Of a stretch of DNA of 64,000 bases, positions 1 to 9,493 are shown in pieces. The stretch spans positions 1,856,001-1,920,000 of the forward strand of contig CAXXOA010000002.1 of the NCBI GenBank assembly GCA_963666275.2, written 5' to 3'. The position numbers and the translations under genes are program-made. The DNA comes from Oceanispirochaeta sp. (GTDB lineage: Bacteria; Spirochaetota; Spirochaetia; DSM-2461). Position 1 is the first letter of the stretch. Every line of letters starts with the position of its first letter. The notes under the pieces are model-generated. The model saw only the letters and a list, made by a program, of their open reading frames with translations, was not told the origin of the DNA and searched no databases.

Positions 1-10
1 GATGTGAACC

Positions 11-445
11 ATGGCTTTGAAAGAAGCGGATATCAGAAAACTGGACTTCTCTCTGGACCCCAAGAGCGGGGTTCCCTACTACAAACAGATCATTCTTCAG
101 GTGGAACTCGCCATTGCGGACGGCCGCCTGGACAGGGGAGAGCAGCTGCCCACAGTGAGGGGGCTTGCGGTGGAGCTCCGGGTCAATCCCAATACGGTGG
201 CGAGGGCCTACAATGAAATGGAGATCCGGGGAATTGTCATCACCCAGCAGGGAACGGGGACCTTCATCAGCGATAAAAAGGTGGAACTCGATGAGGTGGA
301 ACGGGAGAGGATTCTGGGGCAGATTGTACGGCCTCTGATCAGTAAAGCCGGATCCTACGGATTCGAGGTTGAGGATCTTATCCGTTATCTGGAAGAGGTG
401 AGAAGTGAATATACCAGGGCCGGGAAGCCTGAAAAAAAGGAGTAG
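11..445 (+). CDS. GntR-family transcriptional regulator, YtrA-like (short C-terminus)
   Basis: wHTH signature PYYKQI...GEQLPTVRGLAVELRVNPNTVARAY...G.GTF; first gene of an ABC operon. Confidence 0.9.
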   Translation: MALKEADIRKLDFSLDPKSGVPYYKQIILQVELAIADGRLDRGEQLPTVRGLAVELRVNPNTVARAYNEMEIRGIVITQQGTGTFISDKKVELDEVERERILGQIVRPLISKAGSYGFEVEDLIRYLEEVRSEYTRAGKPEKKE

Positions 446-449
446 GAGT

Positions 450-1544
450 ATGAATGTATTCCAGCAGAAACTGGAAAGGATTAAGAATCAGAAAAAGGCG
501 GTGCTTAAAAAAGACTATACCTACAATGCCTTCTCTTTTCTGATCCTCGGTATTTTTCTTGCCGCCGGTGTGGTGGTTCAGAACTATTCGGGCGAAATCT
601 TTGATCTGGAGGAGATCGTCACCTATTGCGGCGGCATCCTGGGAGCGGGAATCATCCTGATGATGCTCCCCATGTGGGTGATGTCGGTTCTGATGATCAT
701 GGCCTGCTGGCTTATCCTGCCGGTGGAGTTTTCCACGGGATATTACCCTCTGGCCATCTTCTCCTCTCTGGGAATCCTTCTCTCCGCATCTATGGAGCTG
801 ATCTATCAGTGGGATAAGGTGGTGGTTCTTCGGATGGGAAAGTTCAAAAACGTCCACGGACCGGGGCTGTTTGTTCTTTTTCCTCTGATCGACCGGGTGG
901 CGGAGTATGTGGATACCCGTATCAGGGTCACCGATTTCAGCGCTGAAAAGACGATTACGAAAGATACTGTCCCTGTGCATGTGGATGCCCTGTGCTTCTG
1001 GATGATCTGGGATGCCAGGCAGGCTGTTCTGGAGGTGGAGAACTATCAGGAGGCTGTGAGCCTGTCTGCTCAGACCGCGCTGCGGGATGCCATCGGAAGG
1101 AATGATCTGAGCACTCTCCTTTCGGGCAGGGAGGAACTGGGCGGAGAGATCCAGAAGGTTCTGGATGCCAAAACCAATTCCTGGGGAATTACAATTCTGT
1201 CCATTGAGTTTACCGATGTGATCATCCCCCGGGAACTGGAGGATGCAATGAGTAAAAAAGCTCAGGCGGAAAGGGAAAAGCAGTCCAGGATCATCCTGAG
1301 CGAAGCGGAAAAAGAGGTGGCCCGGCATTTCAGGGAGGCTTCCGAGATCTATGAGGGCAGCAGTGACGCCATGCAGCTGAGAGCCATGAATATGGTGTAT
1401 GAAGGCATACGGCAGAAAGGCTCTCTCATGGTGCTGCCCTCCAGTGCGCTGGACAGTATGAATCTGGGTACCACCATGGGGATGGCCGCATATCATGAAA
1501 AGACCCTGGAGAAAGGACCAAGTGAGGGAGGCGAGAAATCATGA
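450..1544 (+). CDS. SPFH/band-7 (stomatin/slipin-like) membrane protein with extra N-terminal TM helices
   Basis: VVLRMGK...GPGL...VDTRIRV...TKD.VPV.VDA, AQTALRDAIG, AMSKKAQAERE; GGAG RBS before ATG 450. Confidence 0.9.
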   Translation: MNVFQQKLERIKNQKKAVLKKDYTYNAFSFLILGIFLAAGVVVQNYSGEIFDLEEIVTYCGGILGAGIILMMLPMWVMSVLMIMACWLILPVEFSTGYYPLAIFSSLGILLSASMELIYQWDKVVVLRMGKFKNVHGPGLFVLFPLIDRVAEYVDTRIRVTDFSAEKTITKDTVPVHVDALCFWMIWDARQAVLEVENYQEAVSLSAQTALRDAIGRNDLSTLLSGREELGGEIQKVLDAKTNSWGITILSIEFTDVIIPRELEDAMSKKAQAEREKQSRIILSEAEKEVARHFREASEIYEGSSDAMQLRAMNMVYEGIRQKGSLMVLPSSALDSMNLGTTMGMAAYHEKTLEKGPSEGGEKS

Positions 1545-2221
1545 TAGAGATCAAAGGCGTAAAAAAAGCCTACAAAACCGGTGAGACCGAAGTCAAAGCC
1601 CTTAAAGGGGTGGATCTGACAATAGAAAGCGGTGAGTTTATTTCCATTGCCGGACCATCCGGCTCGGGGAAGACAACCCTGATGAACCTGATCGGGTGCA
1701 TCGATACCCTGGATGAGGGAGAGATCGCCATTGAGGGGCAGGTCGTCTCTTCCCTGGGGAAGGAGGAAAAAACAGCCTTCCGCAGGGAGAAACTGGGATT
1801 TATCTTTCAGAGCTACAATCTGATTCCCGTTCTGACAGCCTATGAAAATGTGGCTTTTGCCCTGCAGCTTCTGAATGTTCCCGAGGGTGAAATCCGGGAG
1901 AGGACCATGCTTATGCTTCGGGAAGTGGGGCTGGAAGGGATGGAAAACCGCCGTCCCGGGAAACTTTCGGGAGGACAGCAGCAGCGGGTCGCCATTGCCC
2001 GGGCTCTTGTGAAGAATCCTGTGATTGTCCTGGCCGATGAACCCACAGCCAATCTGGATTCCCATACGGGAGAGGACATTCTGAAACTCATGGCGGATAT
2101 GAATATGAAGCATGGTACCACCTTTGTCTTCTCCACCCATGACAAAATGGTCATGGAGTTTGCCAAACGCCTTGTGTATCTTCATGACGGGGAGTTCCAG
2201 TCGGATACGGGGAGGCGCTGA
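1541..2221 (+). CDS. ABC transporter ATP-binding protein (LolD/MacB-like)
   Basis: Walker A GPSGSGKT, LSGGQQQRVAIARAL, LADEPTANLD, STHD; ATGA overlap with upstream gene. Confidence 0.95.
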   Translation: MIEIKGVKKAYKTGETEVKALKGVDLTIESGEFISIAGPSGSGKTTLMNLIGCIDTLDEGEIAIEGQVVSSLGKEEKTAFRREKLGFIFQSYNLIPVLTAYENVAFALQLLNVPEGEIRERTMLMLREVGLEGMENRRPGKLSGGQQQRVAIARALVKNPVIVLADEPTANLDSHTGEDILKLMADMNMKHGTTFVFSTHDKMVMEFAKRLVYLHDGEFQSDTGRR

Positions 2222-2222
2222 T

Positions 2223-3470
2223 ATGACATTTCTGCCTTCTTTAGCCATGAAAAATCTTTTCCGCTATACAAGGAGGACCATGATCACATCAGCGGCCATC
2301 GCTTTCGGCATTATGATCTTTCTGCTGATGGACTCCCTGCTGGGGGGGATCAGAGAGGACTCGGAGAGGAATCTGATCTGGTACGAAACCGGTTCCGCCG
2401 CTTTCTTCCATCCCGAATACTGGGAGGATCATTCTCTGCTGCCGGTAGACCGTCCTGTGGAGGATCCTGAGAGCCTGATTGTCAAAATGCAGGAGCAGGG
2501 AATTCCCGCGGTTCCCCGCATTGAGTTTGCTGCAGATATGATTGTCTATCAGGATCCCTTTCCCGAGTACGGAAACATACAGGTGAAGGCCATCGGGATA
2601 GACCCGGAGAGGGATGACAGTGTCTTCCGTCTGAAACAGACCCTGGTAGAGGGACGTTATCTGAAATCTGATGAAGAGGGCGTCCTGATCGGCCAGTGGC
2701 TGGCCCGGGATCTGGGCGCTCAGGTGGGATACCCTCTGACCCTGGTGACCCGGACCATGGACGGCTACTTTCAGACCATGGATCTGGAAATTGTGGGGAT
2801 CCTTCTCAGTGATAATCCTGTGGTGAACCGCTACGGCTTGTATCTTCCGCTGGAAACTGTTCGCTATGCTCTGGATATGAACGGCTTTGCCACCGGGGTC
2901 TATACATCCCTTCCCCGGGGAAAGGGGGAGGTTCCGGGACTCGCCCGGATGGAAGAAGCGGCGGAACCTCTGGGGCTGGAGGTCCTTGACTGGAGAGTAA
3001 TGGGAAAGGACTTTGTGGCTCTGGCGGAAGCCAAATCACAGGGGAGCAGTACCATCCTTTTTCTGGTGTTCCTGATTGCCGCCGTAGGGATCTCCAATAC
3101 GATCCTGATGTCCATTATGGAGCGGGTGAGGGAGCTGGGGATGATGCGGGCTCTGGGAATGAAGAACTCTCAGATCCGCCGGATGTTCCTTATGGAATCC
3201 GGAGGAATCGGGTTTTTCGGGGCTCTGGGAGGAGTTTTCCTGGGGGCTCTGATCAATATTCCTCTGGTACGGAGAGGGATTGATTACTCCTCTATCATGG
3301 AAACGGGTGATATGGGCTACCGGGTCGCGGGGATTGTCTACGGGGCCTGGTATCCGGGGACATTTCTGACGGCTTTTGCTGTAGGCCTTTTCATCGCTCT
3401 TCTGGTGGCCTGGTTTCCCACGAGGCGGGCTCTGAAGCTTGAAATCCCCGACTGTCTCAGGTTTATTTAA
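2223..3470 (+). CDS. ABC permease, FtsX/LolE/MacB-like (paralog 1)
   Basis: LAMKNLFRY.RRT N-terminus, large periplasmic domain, NTILMSIMERVRELGMMRALGM. Confidence 0.9.
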   Translation: MTFLPSLAMKNLFRYTRRTMITSAAIAFGIMIFLLMDSLLGGIREDSERNLIWYETGSAAFFHPEYWEDHSLLPVDRPVEDPESLIVKMQEQGIPAVPRIEFAADMIVYQDPFPEYGNIQVKAIGIDPERDDSVFRLKQTLVEGRYLKSDEEGVLIGQWLARDLGAQVGYPLTLVTRTMDGYFQTMDLEIVGILLSDNPVVNRYGLYLPLETVRYALDMNGFATGVYTSLPRGKGEVPGLARMEEAAEPLGLEVLDWRVMGKDFVALAEAKSQGSSTILFLVFLIAAVGISNTILMSIMERVRELGMMRALGMKNSQIRRMFLMESGGIGFFGALGGVFLGALINIPLVRRGIDYSSIMETGDMGYRVAGIVYGAWYPGTFLTAFAVGLFIALLVAWFPTRRALKLEIPDCLRFI

Positions 3471-3480
3471 GGAGGACTCC

Positions 3481-4710
3481 ATGAAACTCAGTACCATTGC
3501 GATCAGAAATATATTCAGAAACAGGAGAAGGAGTATCCTTTCGGGGACAGCCATTGCTGTCGCCGCCATGAGTATCGTTCTTCTTTTCTCTTTTATCGCC
3601 GGTATGATCGACGATATGCAGTACAATTTCCATACCTACACGACCGGTGCGGTGCGGATAAGAAACAGGGACTTTTCAAGGTACGAACGCCTGAATCCCA
3701 TGCATCTGACCGTGGATGTTTCCGACGGCCTGATGGAGGATCTGAAAAAGGAAGAGGGGATCTCTGAAATGAGTCCCCGGATCGGATTTCCCACAAGGAT
3801 CTACAGGGACGGGGAAAATTACAATGCCTTCGGCACGGGAGTGGATTTTGCTACGGAAGTTTCCTATCAGAAACTGGGACCCGAGCTGATACCGGAGGGG
3901 CGGATTCCCGAGGCCGGTGCCAATGAAGTCCTGATAGGATACAAACTGGCCGAAGAGGTAGGGGTAGGACTGGGAGATAAAATTACAATCCTCTCCTCCA
4001 CTGCCGCCAGAGGCACCAATGCCATCACCTTTACCATCGTAGGGCTTCTGGCCTATCCCATGGAAGGGCTTAACAATACCACCATTCTGGCTCCTCTTGA
4101 CCGGGTTCAGTACTTTCTGAGGATGCCCGGACAGGTGCAGGAAATTATCATGAAGGTGACTGAAGGAGTGGATTCCACTGCTCTGGCAGAGAGGCTGCGG
4201 GAAAAATACTCTGACAGATACGGTATTGAGATCAAGGGCTGGAAGGAGCTGGAGACAAGTTACTCTTTTATTGAAATGGCCCAGACCATCTATGACATCG
4301 TGGCATTCTTCTTTTTCATTCTGGGCAGTTCTGTGATTCTGAACACAACCATCATGGTAATTTTCGAAAGGATGAGAGAGATCGGGACCATGAGCGCCAT
4401 GGGCATGTCGGGCCGGGATCTGGTACGGCTGTTTTTTATCGAAGCTTTTTTCATAAGCGTGGCCGGATCTTTTATAGGCGTGCTCCTGGGTATGGGTTTT
4501 ACCCAGATCCTCTCTTATGTGGGAATCAATTTCGGGGAAGCCATGGAGGGAGTGGATTTTGAGATCTCCACGATCCTCTATCCCAAGCTGAATCTGAGGT
4601 CTACCGTGGTGGTCTTCTTCTATTCTGTCATTGTGGCTTCGGTCACAGCGATCCTTCCGGCCCGGAGAGCCAGCCGGATAGAACCGGTAGATGCCCTCAG
4701 GGCTGTGTAA
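3481..4710 (+). CDS. ABC permease, FtsX/LolE/MacB-like (paralog 2)
   Basis: IAIRNIFRNRRRS, FERMREIGTMSAMGM, PARRASRIEPVDALR; AAGGAGG RBS. Confidence 0.9.
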   Translation: MKLSTIAIRNIFRNRRRSILSGTAIAVAAMSIVLLFSFIAGMIDDMQYNFHTYTTGAVRIRNRDFSRYERLNPMHLTVDVSDGLMEDLKKEEGISEMSPRIGFPTRIYRDGENYNAFGTGVDFATEVSYQKLGPELIPEGRIPEAGANEVLIGYKLAEEVGVGLGDKITILSSTAARGTNAITFTIVGLLAYPMEGLNNTTILAPLDRVQYFLRMPGQVQEIIMKVTEGVDSTALAERLREKYSDRYGIEIKGWKELETSYSFIEMAQTIYDIVAFFFFILGSSVILNTTIMVIFERMREIGTMSAMGMSGRDLVRLFFIEAFFISVAGSFIGVLLGMGFTQILSYVGINFGEAMEGVDFEISTILYPKLNLRSTVVVFFYSVIVASVTAILPARRASRIEPVDALRAV

Positions 4711-4775
4711 AAGACCTGAAAATTTGATTTAAATATAGATGCCCCGGAACAAACGGGGTTTAAAGGAGTTATACA

Positions 4776-5516
4776 ATGAGAATCCTGATTCGTATATTTA
4801 CCGTCCTCTGGCTGGGCAGCAGCCTTTCCATGCTCTTCGGTATCAGCGCTGAAGATATTGTCAGGGAGATGGACAGGAAGCAGAGTTTTTCCACCATGAA
4901 GGCTGCCGGCTCGATGATAACCAATGACAGGTTCGGAACAAAGGTCAGCGACTTCATCAGCTGGTCCCGGGGAAATGACGATTTCCTTATTGAGTTTACC
5001 AGCGCTGCCGAGAAGGGACAGAAGGTCCTCCGTACGGCCAGCGAACTCTATCTCTACTATCCTGATGCGGAGGAGATCATCCGTCTTCAGGGCGCGGCGC
5101 TCAGACAGTCCATGCTGGGGTCGGATATCTCCTATGAAGATATGACCGAAGGGAATGATACTCTGAGCAAATACGATGTGGAACTGACCGGTGAGGAGTC
5201 TGTGGGGGGAGAGGACTGTTACGTGATCGAAATGATAGCCAAATCCCGGGATGTGGCCTATCCCAGACAGATTGTCTGGGTTGTCAAAGACTCTCTGGTT
5301 CCGCAGCAGGTTCAGTATTTTTCCAAGTCGGGAAAGCTCCTGAAAGAGATGAGGGTCAATGCTATCCAGAGTGTGGGTGACAAATTCGTCATTACCAGGA
5401 TGACCCTGGAGGACAAGCTGAAAAAGAACTCCAGTACCGAACTTGTGATCGATTCTCTGGAAACCGATACCAACCTGGGACGGGATTTTTTCTCTCTGGA
5501 CAATCTGTCCTGGTAG
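4776..5516 (+). CDS. Outer-membrane lipoprotein-sorting protein (LolA-like)
   Basis: Signal peptide; EFTS..EKGQKVLR...LYYP, SMLGSDISYEDM motif; lies in a Lol-like ABC operon. Confidence 0.8.
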   Translation: MRILIRIFTVLWLGSSLSMLFGISAEDIVREMDRKQSFSTMKAAGSMITNDRFGTKVSDFISWSRGNDDFLIEFTSAAEKGQKVLRTASELYLYYPDAEEIIRLQGAALRQSMLGSDISYEDMTEGNDTLSKYDVELTGEESVGGEDCYVIEMIAKSRDVAYPRQIVWVVKDSLVPQQVQYFSKSGKLLKEMRVNAIQSVGDKFVITRMTLEDKLKKNSSTELVIDSLETDTNLGRDFFSLDNLSW

Positions 5517-5527
5517 CCTTTATGGAT

Positions 5528-5633
5528 GGTTCGGGAAATCCTGAGTTTTCCCGAACCTCACCCCCGGCTCCTCTCCTCTGGTTGCATAGGCGAGCAGGAA
5601 GCTTGCTTCCGACCAGCCCGCAAGGAGAGGGGA
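5528..5633. repeat. Hairpin plus REP-like element of the CCCTCACCCC/CCTCTCC family
   Basis: GGTTCGGGAAA..TTTCCCGAACC stem (5528-5557) runs into ACCTCACCCCCGGCTCCTCTCCT...AGGAGAGGGG, which resembles the repeats at 56332-57461. Confidence 0.7.
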
Positions 5634-5694
5634 GAAGAATCGTTCGGTGTAGGATATGCGGATCTGCATTCCCTACTGTGATAGGTGTAAAATT

Positions 5695-6945
5695 ATGAAA
5701 TTTCTGTTTCTGTTATCCATGAAGAATCTGTTCCGATACAGAAAAAGGACTATTATCACCAGTGCCGCTCTGGCAGCGGGGGTGATGATCTATATCCTGA
5801 TGGATTCGATGATCGCCGGCAGTATGGATATGTCCGAAGACAATATCCTCAAATATGAATACGGTCATGGAAGCATTACAACCACCCAGACCTGGGAGGA
5901 CCGGGATTATCTGCCTCTGGACTCTCCCATACCCGACGGGGTTTCTCTTGCAGATGAACTGAACGGACAGGATGGTATATCTGCGGCCCCCCGGACTCAG
6001 TTTATGGGGGATATGATCCTCTATAAGGATCCCTTTCCCGAGGATGGCAATATGCAGGTTGTTCTCACAGGGATCGATCCGGAGAGAGACCGCCGGGTTT
6101 TTGACCTGCCGGGCTCCCTCTCGAAAGGCCGCTGGCTGGAATCCGGAAAAGATCAGGTTGTGATCGGAAGCTGGATGGCATCGGAGATCGGAGCGGACAT
6201 CGGATACTATGTCACAGTGGTCTGCCGGACAAGAGACGGCTACTATCAGACCATGGATCTTGAAATCGCAGGGATCCTGGACACTCCCAATCCCACGGTG
6301 AACCGGCTGTCCATGTTCATTCCTCTGGATACGGCGGACTATGCCCTGGATATGGCCGGTGGAGTGACTGAAATCGTTGTGAAACTTCCAGGAGACCGGG
6401 AGGTGGATTCCCGGGAGAAGAAACAGGTTCAGGAACTCCTTCCTCCGGATCTGGTCTATCACAGCTGGAAGGAACAGGCTCTGGTGTACATTGCCGCTTC
6501 CAATGGAGACAGGTACAGCACTGTGGTGATCCTTTTTCTGATCTTTATCATTGCCGCTGTGGGCGTTTCCAATACCATGCTTATGTCTGCCATGGAGCGG
6601 ACCCGTGAGATGGGAATGATGAGGGCCATGGGAATGCGGGACCGGGATCTGAAGAGGATGTTTCTTATGGAGGCTGCGGGGATAGGATTCCTGGGTTCTC
6701 TGCTGGGGATTGTTCTGGGTTCCCTGGGGAATATCCCTCTGGTACTGAAAGGAATTCCCCTGCCCGCATCGACCGATCAGTACGATATGGGATACCGGAT
6801 TTCCGGAGCCATGTGGGGGGTCTGGAAACCGGAGACCATGATCTTCTCCCTACTGCTGGGAATGGCGATTACAATTCTGGTTTCACGGCTTTCGGTACGG
6901 AAAATTCTGAAGTTTTCCATTGTAGAAGATTTACGGCACTACTGA
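5695..6945 (+). CDS. ABC permease, FtsX/LolE/MacB-like (paralog 3, close relative of 2223-3470)
   Basis: MKNLFRYRKRT, YKDPFPEDGN, RTRDGYYQTMDLEI, MERTREMGMMRAMGM. Confidence 0.9.
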   Translation: MKFLFLLSMKNLFRYRKRTIITSAALAAGVMIYILMDSMIAGSMDMSEDNILKYEYGHGSITTTQTWEDRDYLPLDSPIPDGVSLADELNGQDGISAAPRTQFMGDMILYKDPFPEDGNMQVVLTGIDPERDRRVFDLPGSLSKGRWLESGKDQVVIGSWMASEIGADIGYYVTVVCRTRDGYYQTMDLEIAGILDTPNPTVNRLSMFIPLDTADYALDMAGGVTEIVVKLPGDREVDSREKKQVQELLPPDLVYHSWKEQALVYIAASNGDRYSTVVILFLIFIIAAVGVSNTMLMSAMERTREMGMMRAMGMRDRDLKRMFLMEAAGIGFLGSLLGIVLGSLGNIPLVLKGIPLPASTDQYDMGYRISGAMWGVWKPETMIFSLLLGMAITILVSRLSVRKILKFSIVEDLRHY

Positions 6946-6968
6946 AAAATCCGCAAGGAGATTTATTG

Positions 6969-8135
6969 ATGAAAAAAGCACTGTTTCTGTTCATCCACTT
7001 TCTGCTGGCTGTTTCTCTCTGGTCCGAACCGGAGCAGACTCTCAGTCTTGAACTGACCGATGCCCTCTACAGGGGGGAAGAGGACTGGTACTTTGCCGGT
7101 ACCGGCCAGGCCAGCCTGAATATACAATCGCCCCGGGACCCCCATGTCCAGGGAGCTCTTGTACTGGATTTCATTCCTGTTGATCTGTCAGGGGTAGAGC
7201 CGGCTGTGCCTGTCTCTCATATGAACGTGAAGAAGGCCTATGTGAAAGCCCGGTTTCCGGGACTGCGCATGACCCTGGGCAAGACAAGGCTGGCCTGGGG
7301 GGACGGAGTGGTTTTCAACTCGGGGGATATCCTTTTCGGGAGTCTGAATCCGATCCTGGATCTGACCCGGCAGGAACTGCGCTCCGATACGGCCTGGCTC
7401 ACAGCTCTGAACATTCCTCTGGGGCCTTTTGCTTTTGTGGAGGGAGTGGTCCTTCCTCCGGGATATGACCTGAGCAATCCTTCCAACCCCGGTGCGGGAG
7501 ACATGAGCAGAACCTCCGCCGGAGGCCGTCTCTATTTCACAGTCCTGAATACCAAAGTGGAGTTCGGCTACCTGTACAAAGGGGAGGAGAAGGTTGCCAT
7601 CGATGTGATCGGACACCGTCCCTATCTGAGCCTCCAGGGAAATATCGGTCCCGACTGGTACCTTTCCAGCTCGGCGGCATTCCTCTCGGAGCAGCAGAAG
7701 AAGGACGGTTCCGAGGCGGAATGGGAGGACAGCTGGAATATTAGTTTCGGTCTTTTTCATCTGCAGGAGGTAAACCGGAATAATACACTCACCTTCCGTC
7801 TGGAGTCGCTCTGGTTTCCCTATCAGGAGTGGGAGGAAAAGGATGTAAGAAACACCATTTACGGGGTATTCCTCTATCCCGAAATCACATGGCAGAGAGG
7901 GGACGCGGTCACTTTCTCACTTCAGTCTGTCCTGTCTCCGCTGGATGTTTCCGCCATGATCACCGCCGGGGCGGGATGGAACATCTACCAGGGACTGACT
8001 CTGCAGGCCTATCTTTCGGGATTTACAGGAGAAAAGTCAGATACCTTTGCCTGGGACCGGGGCGATCAGTGGCTCTCCGGGCAGGATGCGGTCAACGGAA
8101 TATCCCTGATGACAGGGGTAAGGTATACATTTTAA
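6969..8135 (+). CDS. Hypothetical exported protein, probable outer-membrane beta-barrel
   Basis: Signal peptide, LGKTRLAWG porin-like motif, alternating beta-strand pattern, C-terminal YTF; AAGGAG RBS. Confidence 0.65.
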   Translation: MKKALFLFIHFLLAVSLWSEPEQTLSLELTDALYRGEEDWYFAGTGQASLNIQSPRDPHVQGALVLDFIPVDLSGVEPAVPVSHMNVKKAYVKARFPGLRMTLGKTRLAWGDGVVFNSGDILFGSLNPILDLTRQELRSDTAWLTALNIPLGPFAFVEGVVLPPGYDLSNPSNPGAGDMSRTSAGGRLYFTVLNTKVEFGYLYKGEEKVAIDVIGHRPYLSLQGNIGPDWYLSSSAAFLSEQQKKDGSEAEWEDSWNISFGLFHLQEVNRNNTLTFRLESLWFPYQEWEEKDVRNTIYGVFLYPEITWQRGDAVTFSLQSVLSPLDVSAMITAGAGWNIYQGLTLQAYLSGFTGEKSDTFAWDRGDQWLSGQDAVNGISLMTGVRYTF

Positions 8136-8153
8136 GGTTTTCGGGGAAACGGT

Positions 8154-8987
8154 TTAATAGTTATGGAGGCTGCCGCTGCCTGTGATGCGGATACCTCTGA
8201 GGCGGCTCCCCTCCTGTAGATAGATATCTCCCGATCCTGTGATGATCACATCTGTCTCCCCCGAAACAAATCCCGGGCTGTGAAAATTGCCCGAACCCGT
8301 AGTCTGTATAGCAGATCTTTCACTGCTGCCGGAGAGCTCCATATCGCCACTTCCGGTCTGCAGGGTTTTCAGCTCTTCCGTGGTCAGAGCCAGCCGGATA
8401 TCTCCCGAACCGGTTGCCGCCAGTTCTGTTCTGATGCCACCGGCACTGTCTATCCGGATATCTCCCGAGCCTGTTGTTTTCAGGTTCAGCCTCTCTCCTT
8501 TGACCGAACCCACTGTGATATTACCGGAGCCTGTGGTTTTCAGTATCACCTCCATGGCTTCCAGGCCTCCCATCTCAAGATCCGCTGATCCCAGGGTACT
8601 GACCGTTGTCCGGCTGTTGGTCCAGGTATCATTGGATCGGACCCTTCCGGATGCGGAAACTGTGAGTTCTTCAATCTGCGGAAGCGTCAGAATCAACCGG
8701 ATATTGTCAGTGCGGAAAAGGGACAGTCCGGGATGTTTCTCTTCAATGATCAGGGTCCCTCTGCTGTTGCGGATACTGATATGACCCAGAGCGCTCCGGG
8801 GGATATCCGCCTCCACCTGACAGCGCGAGTCCTGCTCGATAATCACATCCGCGGGAACATCAATCCGGATCGAGGAGAAATTGCCGTAGTCCCGGCGCTC
8901 TCTGATGTCGTCTGTATCTCCGCTGCTCCAGCAGGCTGCGGCTATCATTAAAAGCCCTGCCAGGAGTGCTGCTCTTTTTCTATCCAT
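8154..8987 (-). CDS. Head GIN domain (DUF2807) adhesin-like protein
   Basis: FSSIRI..PADV.I.Q followed by many TGSG(D/N)I beta-helix repeats; N-terminal signal. Confidence 0.85.
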   Translation of the reverse strand: MDRKRAALLAGLLMIAAACWSSGDTDDIRERRDYGNFSSIRIDVPADVIIEQDSRCQVEADIPRSALGHISIRNSRGTLIIEEKHPGLSLFRTDNIRLILTLPQIEELTVSASGRVRSNDTWTNSRTTVSTLGSADLEMGGLEAMEVILKTTGSGNITVGSVKGERLNLKTTGSGDIRIDSAGGIRTELAATGSGDIRLALTTEELKTLQTGSGDMELSGSSERSAIQTTGSGNFHSPGFVSGETDVIITGSGDIYLQEGSRLRGIRITGSGSLHNY

Positions 8988-9037
8988 TCTGTGCCTCCGG
9001 TTTTATAACCAACGGGGATGGGGAATCTGTCACAATT

Positions 9038-9177
9038 AAAGACGCGATAAATCGCCTCTGTACGAGAGATCTGATTAAGCCTTGATAAATCGGGCCTGTA
9101 CGAGAGATCTGATTGAGCCTTGATAAATCGGGCCTGTATGTATGATCTGAATAAGCCGTGATAAATTGCCCCTGAAT
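9038..9177. repeat. One REP copy followed by three 38-bp tandem units carrying degenerate REP palindromes
   Basis: AAAGACGCGATAAATCGCCTCTGTAC (9038-9063); units 9064-9101, 9102-9139, 9140-9177 like GAGAGATCTGATTAAGCCTTGATAAATCGGGCCTGTAC. Confidence 0.8.
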
Positions 9178-9231
9178 GGGGAATCCATAAGAAATAATGA
9201 TCAGGAAAGGGATGATGGGGGGGATAATCCC

Positions 9232-9412
9232 TGTAGAGACGCGATTTATCGCGTCTCTACAGGGATATCGCATCTCTACGGGGATATCGCGTCTTTACGG
9301 GGATATCGCATCTCTACGGGGATATCGCATCTCTACGGGGATATCGCATCTCTACAGGGATATCGCATCTCTACAGGGATATCGCATCTCTACGGGGATA
9401 TCGCGTCTTTAC
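9232..9412. repeat. GTAG-type REP palindrome followed by 8 x 19-bp tandem repeat
   Basis: TGTAGAGACGCGAT-TT-ATCGCGTCTCTACA (9232-9261), then eight RGGGATATCGCRTCTYTAC units (9261-9412). Confidence 0.9.
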
Positions 9413-9467
9413 GGGGTTCTTTATTTTTGGATAGATAACATCGTAATAGTTTTAGGTTCTCCCCCTA

Positions 9468-9493
9468 AGAGACGCGATAAATCGCGTCTTTAC
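9468..9493 (-). repeat. REP palindrome abutting the serA-like stop codon
   Basis: Minus strand reads GTAAAGACGCGATTTATCGCGTCTCT. Confidence 0.8.

Noticed and set aside
9038..9493. Possible CRISPR array
   Set aside because: Repeats are head-to-tail with no unique spacers and no cas genes are present; they derive from REP palindromes
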